This document shows, in pieces, positions 57,656-64,000 of a stretch of 64,000 nucleotides of DNA. Source of the DNA: Callorhinchus milii (Eukaryota). Where the stretch lies: positions 123,506,001-123,570,000 of the forward strand of contig NW_024704742.1 of the NCBI RefSeq assembly GCF_018977255.1. The letters are read 5' to 3'. The position numbers were made by a program, and so were the translations under genes. Positions within the stretch are counted from its first letter, which is position 1. Every line of letters starts with the position of its first letter. Under the pieces are notes generated by a model. That model was not told where the DNA came from. It made no database searches and saw only the letters and a list, made by a program, of their open reading frames with translations.

Positions 57656-58084
57656 GCAACTGTAAGTATCTTGGTCATCTTAGTAGCATGCAGTTCCTGT
57701 TGCAGACTGAAAATCAATTAGTGTAGGGCAGCCTTCCCCCCAAGCCATCTCTGTTTACTTAAATGTGTTTACTCTGGAACAGGATCTTGATTCTTCTCTA
57801 AACAGCTGCCCATACATAGCCCTCCTCATTCCTCTCTCTTGGTGTGGTGCCATTTAAAGCACACCCGGCGTATTAACCTCAGAGGCTCTTCATTAAAGCT
57901 TTTCTTGTCCTACATGCATCCTTATTGTGCTGAGACAAATCACACCATCTTGTAGTGTAACACATTCTTTCCCAGGATCTTGAATAAGGAGCCAACTTCT
58001 TCTCTTTGTAGTCTAGTCGAATTTACAGACTTTGTGAGGTGAAAAAACACCACTTTTGATTTATGTCATCTGTACCTTGTTGTG

Positions 58085-60890
58085 GAACATAGGAACATAG
58101 GAATTAGGAGCAGGAAATTCGGCCCCTAGAGTCTGCTCCACCATTCAGTAAGATCATGGCTGCCTTCTAACTTAACTCCATCTACCCGTCTTATCCCCAT
58201 ATCTCTTAATCCCTCTATCCTTTAGAAACCTATCAATCTCAGTCTTGAATATGTTCAAGGACTGAACATCCACAGCCTTCTGGGGTAGAGAATTCCATAA
58301 ATTCACTACCCTCTGAGTGAAGAAGTGTTTCCTCAACTCTGGTTAAAAGGGTTGATTCTTAATCTTAAGACTGTGACCCCTAGTTCTAGATTCTCCTACC
58401 AGGGGAAATAGTCTCACACTGTCTTCTCTGTCAAGCCCCATAAGAATCTTATATGTTTCTATAAGATCACCCTTAATTCTTCTATATTCTAGAGAATATA
58501 ACAACAACAACAACAACAACAAGATTCCATTTATAGAGCGCCTTTCACGTCAGGAGGACGTCCCAAGGCGCTGCACAGTTGGGTCATGACCCGAGCAGGG
58601 GGGAAATGGTCAGGGTGAGGGGAGGGAAGGGAGGGAGAGAGGAGGGGGGAAATGGTCAGGGTGAGGGGAGGGAAGGGAGGGAGCGAGGAGGAGGAAGAGA
58701 GTCGAGAGGGGAGCTGAAGGCACGGTCAAAGAGAAAGGTTTTGAGACCGGCCTTGAAGGAGGAAAGGGAGGAAGCAAGGCGAAGGCACTGGGGGATGGAG
58801 TTCCAGAGCCTCGGGGCTGAGAGGCTGAAGGCCCGACCACCGATAGTAGGGCGGTTGGGGCGGGGGACGTGGAGCAGACCGGAGCCAGAGGAACGGAGGG
58901 TACGGGCAGGTAGGTAGGGGGATAGTAGGTTGGAGAGGTAGGAGGGAGCAAGGCCGTGAATGGCCTTGTAGGTGAGGATGAGGATCTTGAAATCAATCCT
59001 CTGGGGGATGGGGAGCCAGTGGAGGCGAGCGAGGGTGGGAGTGATGTGGTCCCGAAGCCTGGTGCGGGACAGTACACGAGCTGCAGAGTTCTGAATGACC
59101 TGCAGCTTGTGGAGGGAGGTGGCGGGAAGGCCGGCGAGGAGAGAGTTCCCATAGTCCAGCCTTGAGGTGACAAAGGCGTGAACCAGGGTTTCAGCAGCGT
59201 GAGGGGTGAGGTAGTGCCGTAATCTGGCGATATTCCGGAGGTGATGGAAGGCGGTGCCAGTTGTGGTGCGGATGTGAGGGAGAAAGGACAGCTCAGGGTC
59301 GAACAAAACGCCGAGGTTCCTGACTGGCTTTGAGAGGTGGAGAGTGCAGCCTTGGATGCTGATGGTGTCAGCGCCTGAGGTGCGGAGGCGCTGACGTGAG
59401 CCAATCAGGAGGGCCTCGGTTTTTCGCACGTTGAGCTGAAGAAAGTTGTCTCTCGTCCAGGACTCGATGTCGGACAGGCAGGCTGTCAGGACATCGGTGG
59501 TCGTGGAGTTGAGAGTAGAGGAGGAAAGGTAGAGTTGGGTGTCATCCGCATACATGTGGAAGTTAACCCCATGTTTGCGGATGATGTCACCGAGGGGGAG
59601 CATATAGAGGGTGAAGAGGAGGGGACCGAGGACAGAGCCCTGAGGGACACCACATGAGACAGTACGGGGGGTGGAGGAGAAGCCATTCGTTGAGACGAAG
59701 TGAAGACGGTGGGAAAGGTAAGAGCTAAACCATTCAAGGACAGTGCCTTGAAGGTTGAGGTGGGAGGACAAGCGGTGGAGTAGGATAGCGTGGTCGACCG
59801 TATCGAATGCTGCCGATAGGTCGAGGAGGACGAGGAGACAGAGGGAGCCCTGGTCACAGATGGTCAGGATATCATTGGTGACCTTGACCAGGGCAGTTTC
59901 TGTGCTATGAGCAGCACGGAAACCTGACTGAAGGGGTTCAAAAAGAGAATGGGTGGAGAGGAAAGAGCGCAGTTGGGAGGCGACAACTCTTTCCAAGACC
60001 TTGGAGAGAAAGGGGAGGTTGGAGATGGGCCGGTAGCTTGATAGCTGCGACGCATCAAGGGAGGGTTTTTTCAGGGTGGGCGTGATGATGGCAGTTTTTA
60101 ATGGAATGGGGACAGAGCCAGAGGAGAGGGACAGGTTTATGATGTCAGTGATGTGTGGGGCAAGAAAATGGAGCTGGGAGATAAGGAGTGGAGTGGGGAT
60201 GGGGTCAAGGGAGCAGGTGGTTGGTTTTAGGGATAGGAGCAGGTGGTTGGTTTTAGGGATAGAAACTATAGGCCTAGTTTACTCAACCCCTTCATCCCAG
60301 GAACTAACCTAGTGAATCTACGCTGCACCCCCTCTAAGGGTATGTCCTTTCTTAAATTAGGAGACCAAAACTGCACATAATATTCTAGGTGCGGTCTCAC
60401 CAAGGCCCTATACCGCTGCAGCAAGACTTCCCTCCTCTTGTATTCTAACCCTTTTGCAATAAACACCAACATGGCATTAGCCTTCCTAGTTGCTTGCTTT
60501 ACCTGCATACTAACTTTTTGCGACTGGTGTACAAGGACACCTAAATCCCTCTGATCACTAACACTATCTGGTCTCTCCCTCTCTAGAAAATAATCTGCTT
60601 TTCTGTTTTTACTTCCTAGGTGGATAACTTCACACTTCCCCACATTATATTCCATCTGCCACCTTCTTGCCCACTCACCTAGCCTATCTATCCCTTTGCA
60701 ATCTTTTTGTGTCATCCTCAGAGCTTACTCTCCCACCTAGCTTAGTATCATCCGCGAATTTAGATATTTTAAGTTCTATGTCCGCGTCCACATCATTGAT
60801 ATAGATTGTAAATAGTTGAGGCCCAAGCACTGATCCTTGTGGCACTCCACTAGTCACATCTGAGAAGGTCCCGTTTATCGCTACTCTCTG
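58085..60890 (-). mobile_element. 5'-truncated CR1 (a second CR1 family), split by an L2 at 58501-60262
   Basis: [34 protein letters not shown]; (GGAACATA)n terminus at 58085. Confidence 0.9.
58501..60262 (-). mobile_element. Young 5'-truncated L2 (family A) with an uninterrupted RT reading frame
   Basis: ORF 58656-59996 (446 aa) with [39 protein letters not shown]; (GTT)n tail. Confidence 0.95.
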
Positions 60891-63009
60891 TTGTGCTGTC
60901 CACAATAGGTTTTGCTCCTTACCTTCAACAACAACAACAACCTGCACTTATATAGCACCCTCCACACAGGGTAGCGTCTTAGAGCGCTTAAAAGTGACTG
61001 AGCCTGCCTCCGAGCCAGGGGGAGGTGGCTGTAAGCACGATCGAACAGGAACGTTTTCAGGCAGTGCTTGAAAGAGGGGAGAGAGGGGCAAGGCGGAGGG
61101 ATTGAGGGAGAGTGTTCCAGCGCTTTGGGATGTCCTCCTGGCGTGAAAGGCGCTCTATAAATGTAATTTTGTTGTTGGTGGAGCGACTGTGTAAGGAAAT
61201 ACCGATATAGAGTATCTTATTTCAAAATAAAACTCAGCAAATCACCACCTCCATCGTGACTGATCTTGCATTGTACAGGCAGTGTGAACACGCTGGCTGA
61301 AAACTTGCCTTCTATAATTTGACAACTCACACTCTGCTGTACAGATAGGCCTTTGTCTGCAAATTCATAAGCAGGAATCTAGTATACTTCAGTGCATTAC
61401 CTTTTAGAGTAAATAGTACAAGCTTGACAGATCATCATTGATGCTGTAATGCTAGTATCAGCTTTCTGTGTGGAGGTGCCTAAATATGGGGCGAAAATGC
61501 AAAAGGCAAGGTACAACAGGTTAAATGGGAACAGATGTCCAAAGCTAAAGCAGAGCTGGCAGTAAAAGTGGATGTTGGGTGCATATTTAAATGCTGTATC
61601 TATATAAACAGCAGTAATCGGGTTGACCTCTAATGTACACAGTTGTGTGAGGAATCTGATGGAGAGAGAGAGGCCCCCCAGTTGATTAATAGTGTTGTAT
61701 AAATAATCTGGACTGTTACTAGAAAGCAGTTGCCAGGATAAACACCTTTCATTTTTTTCTGACCAGACTCTTTTTGATCGTTTATTAAACCCACAACATA
61801 AAAGCTTCTTAAAGTTACTAAAGTCACTATGCTGTACTTAAGCTTGAGTTGACAAGTCCTGTGACATTTTAAAAGAAATACTAAGAAAATATTCTATTTT
61901 GGATAACTTCGGTCTATTAATTCATATGCCTATTTGATGACCTGGTAGAGGTGGGTTTAGTGTTCCTGATAATAATCCCAAACCTTTGTGGGAAATGTAT
62001 TGATTTAAATGTCAGATGAAGACATGATGGATGTTGGGAATGCTATCATTCCTATTCACCAGTTCCCCCAAGTCAAAGAGCCCAGACACACTTCCTGTGT
62101 AAAGATCACATAGTCACCTTTGGCAGAGGTAACCAAAATCTGTCACCTATTGAATCTTACCCCCTTGCGGGACACTATCTTCAAGAGAGTATGGAAATAC
62201 TGTAGCTATAAATCCATGTAGAGTCAAAACCTAAACTTTAAAGTAACCAATGCCATTTATTCAATGGCTTTATTATCCACCATAAAACAAGCCAATGCAC
62301 TTTGAGCAACATTGTTTTAGTTGATCTTATTGGAAAGATTTAATGACTTTTTTTATTCATTATCTATTGTATTACATAATAGCCTCCAGCACAGTGATCA
62401 AAGACTTACCTTTTTGGTTCTGTGGAGAATTTTTCCCTGAGAGCTTTAAAAGGTCACATGAACTCACAAAATTGAACATAAATCAATTGATTCACCTCAA
62501 TGGCACAGCAACAATTCCCAGAATGAAATATGTCTCCAGTGAGTGAAATTAACATTCTTACAGAACAGTGTTCAATTCTCCTGAATAACAGCTGAAACCA
62601 CAGCTGACCAGGAAGATAGCAGAATAGCAGGGCCAGCCGCATCACAGTAACATCACATGGCAGCTAAATAAAGTAGTTCCTGGTATTATCGTCTGTGTGG
62701 ACCATCCCGAGTCAAACTAAGACTTTTGTTCAGTATCATAAATTCACATCCGTTCAAGGTTGTGAAGGACAATTTTAGGTCGGATACAAAGTGTCTTTAA
62801 ACGGGTTAATTTACGTCTGGAATGGCTTACCCAGCGATCAGGGCACTGGCGTTATTTAAATTGGTGCTGGATGAGGTCAATTGGTTGAAAGGCCTTCCTT
62901 CATTCCAAACCTCTTGCGATCCATTCATAATTACACCATTTGCCAGTTTGAAGCCACAGGCTTTGAAAATTTAAGCTGAATGAAACCTAATCTTGCTTTC
63001 TCCCATACT

Positions 63010-63135
63010 CTGCTGGCCGAGGTGGTAGCACTCTTGCCTCCGAGTCAGAAGATTGTGGGTTCAAGCCCCGTCTGGGGACATTGAGCTCACATTCCAACCG
63101 GATGCTCCAATGCAGTGCTGGAGATGCCACAGCTT
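63010..63135 (+). mobile_element. tRNA-derived SINE head, SacSINE1-like
   Basis: GGTAGCACTCTTGCCTCCGAGTCAGAAGATTGTGGGTTCAAGCCCC, with a B box. Confidence 0.65.
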
Positions 63136-64000
63136 TAAATGACTCTAAATCGCCAGTGCTACACTGCTGTGTTGTTGCAGGTCTGGTCCATGTTTTGGGT
63201 GAGACATCACATTTCTTTTGTGAAGATTTAAAGCCTGGTATTTTGGCCTCGCCCACCCGCACCCCCACTTCCTGGCAACCTGTTTCAGTCATTAATTGGG
63301 TCAAGAAATACTATCTAGTATCTGTCCTGAAGTTGTCCTTTGCAGCTCTAAACACCATGTCCTCTTGTTCCAGTGTCTTGGTGCATCCTAAGGTATTATT
63401 CTGTGTTTACTTTTTCACTGCGTTTAATTGTTGCTCGTAACTCAAGAGACTGATCTCCTGAGGGCTAGGTTGGGAAGCAAAGCATCAAGAATTGCTGGTT
63501 TTGCAAATCAACATGAATGGTCCAAATGTCAACGCTATCACCAAATGAGACTCAGAGCACACTGACGCTCATATCTCGCCCAATTAGGGAGAGGCTTCCT
63601 GAGCACCCGGTTAAGATGAATGACGTCAGAATGCTGAGTGATAAGTACAGCTTTCTTCACACGTAACAACCACATTATGGAAAAAAGGTTTGGACACCTG
63701 CCAGGGAGATAGCATCAGATGTTAATCACACTAATGCACATAGCTTCCTGGGTGGATTGGTATACTCCTGTCCAACTATGTGAATATTTGTAAGGACAGA
63801 AGTTGAAATGGATATAAATTTTTGTGTGTGTTATGTTAATGGTATTTGTCCACTCTGTAGTGACGAGGGTGCAGCAACATGCCAGGGTGCTGTCCGTACA
63901 GTACTGCTGTCCTACAAGCACAATGTTTTGTGTAAGCAGTTGCATAGATACTCTATCCAAATATTCATTCTAACCACATTGAGTTGACATTAAATTCTTT

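Noticed and set aside
57800..57900. Candidate PLPP1 exon 2 after aaacag
   Set aside because: The phase-1 frame hits a stop almost at once and no frame gives the expected PFxRGxFC...I.YPY motif
58656..59996. Domesticated reverse-transcriptase gene
   Set aside because: 5'-truncated, with an L2 tail and a near-identical sibling; a young insertion explains the open frame

Overview
This is vertebrate genomic DNA, not prokaryotic. The repeat content (L2 and CR1 LINEs, tRNA-derived Deu-type SINEs, a shark-type Penelope-like repeat) suggests a cartilaginous fish, possibly a holocephalan; this is an inference. The window holds a complete SLC38A9 gene on +: 14 coding exons from 13063 to 30882, all with GT-AG introns in consistent phase, 1650 nt, 549 aa, plus a probable non-coding exon 1 ending at 10040. 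It also holds the first coding exon of PLPP1 (49156-49213, +), followed by its long intron 1. A CpG-island promoter at about 9.2-10.3 kb carries ZNF143, NRF1 and GC-box motifs, and a minus-strand splice donor at 9159 suggests it is bidirectional. By recalled human synteny the partner would be DDX4, but I found no DDX4 coding exon. The rest is largely nested retroelements and low-complexity repeats, and most entries in the ORF track are LINE fragments or spurious. The most notable observations are: (1) an intact-looking minimal hammerhead ribozyme motif in a Penelope-like repeat in an SLC38A9 intron; (2) two uORFs in the predicted SLC38A9 leader; (3) a full-length single-ORF L2 delimited by the SINE it split, with a CRE+YY1 5' module shared with a second L2; (4) covarying SINE/L2 3' hairpins; (5) templated insertions inside a CR1. 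I cannot demonstrate a wholly new biological system. All family names come from recalled consensus motifs, not database searches.
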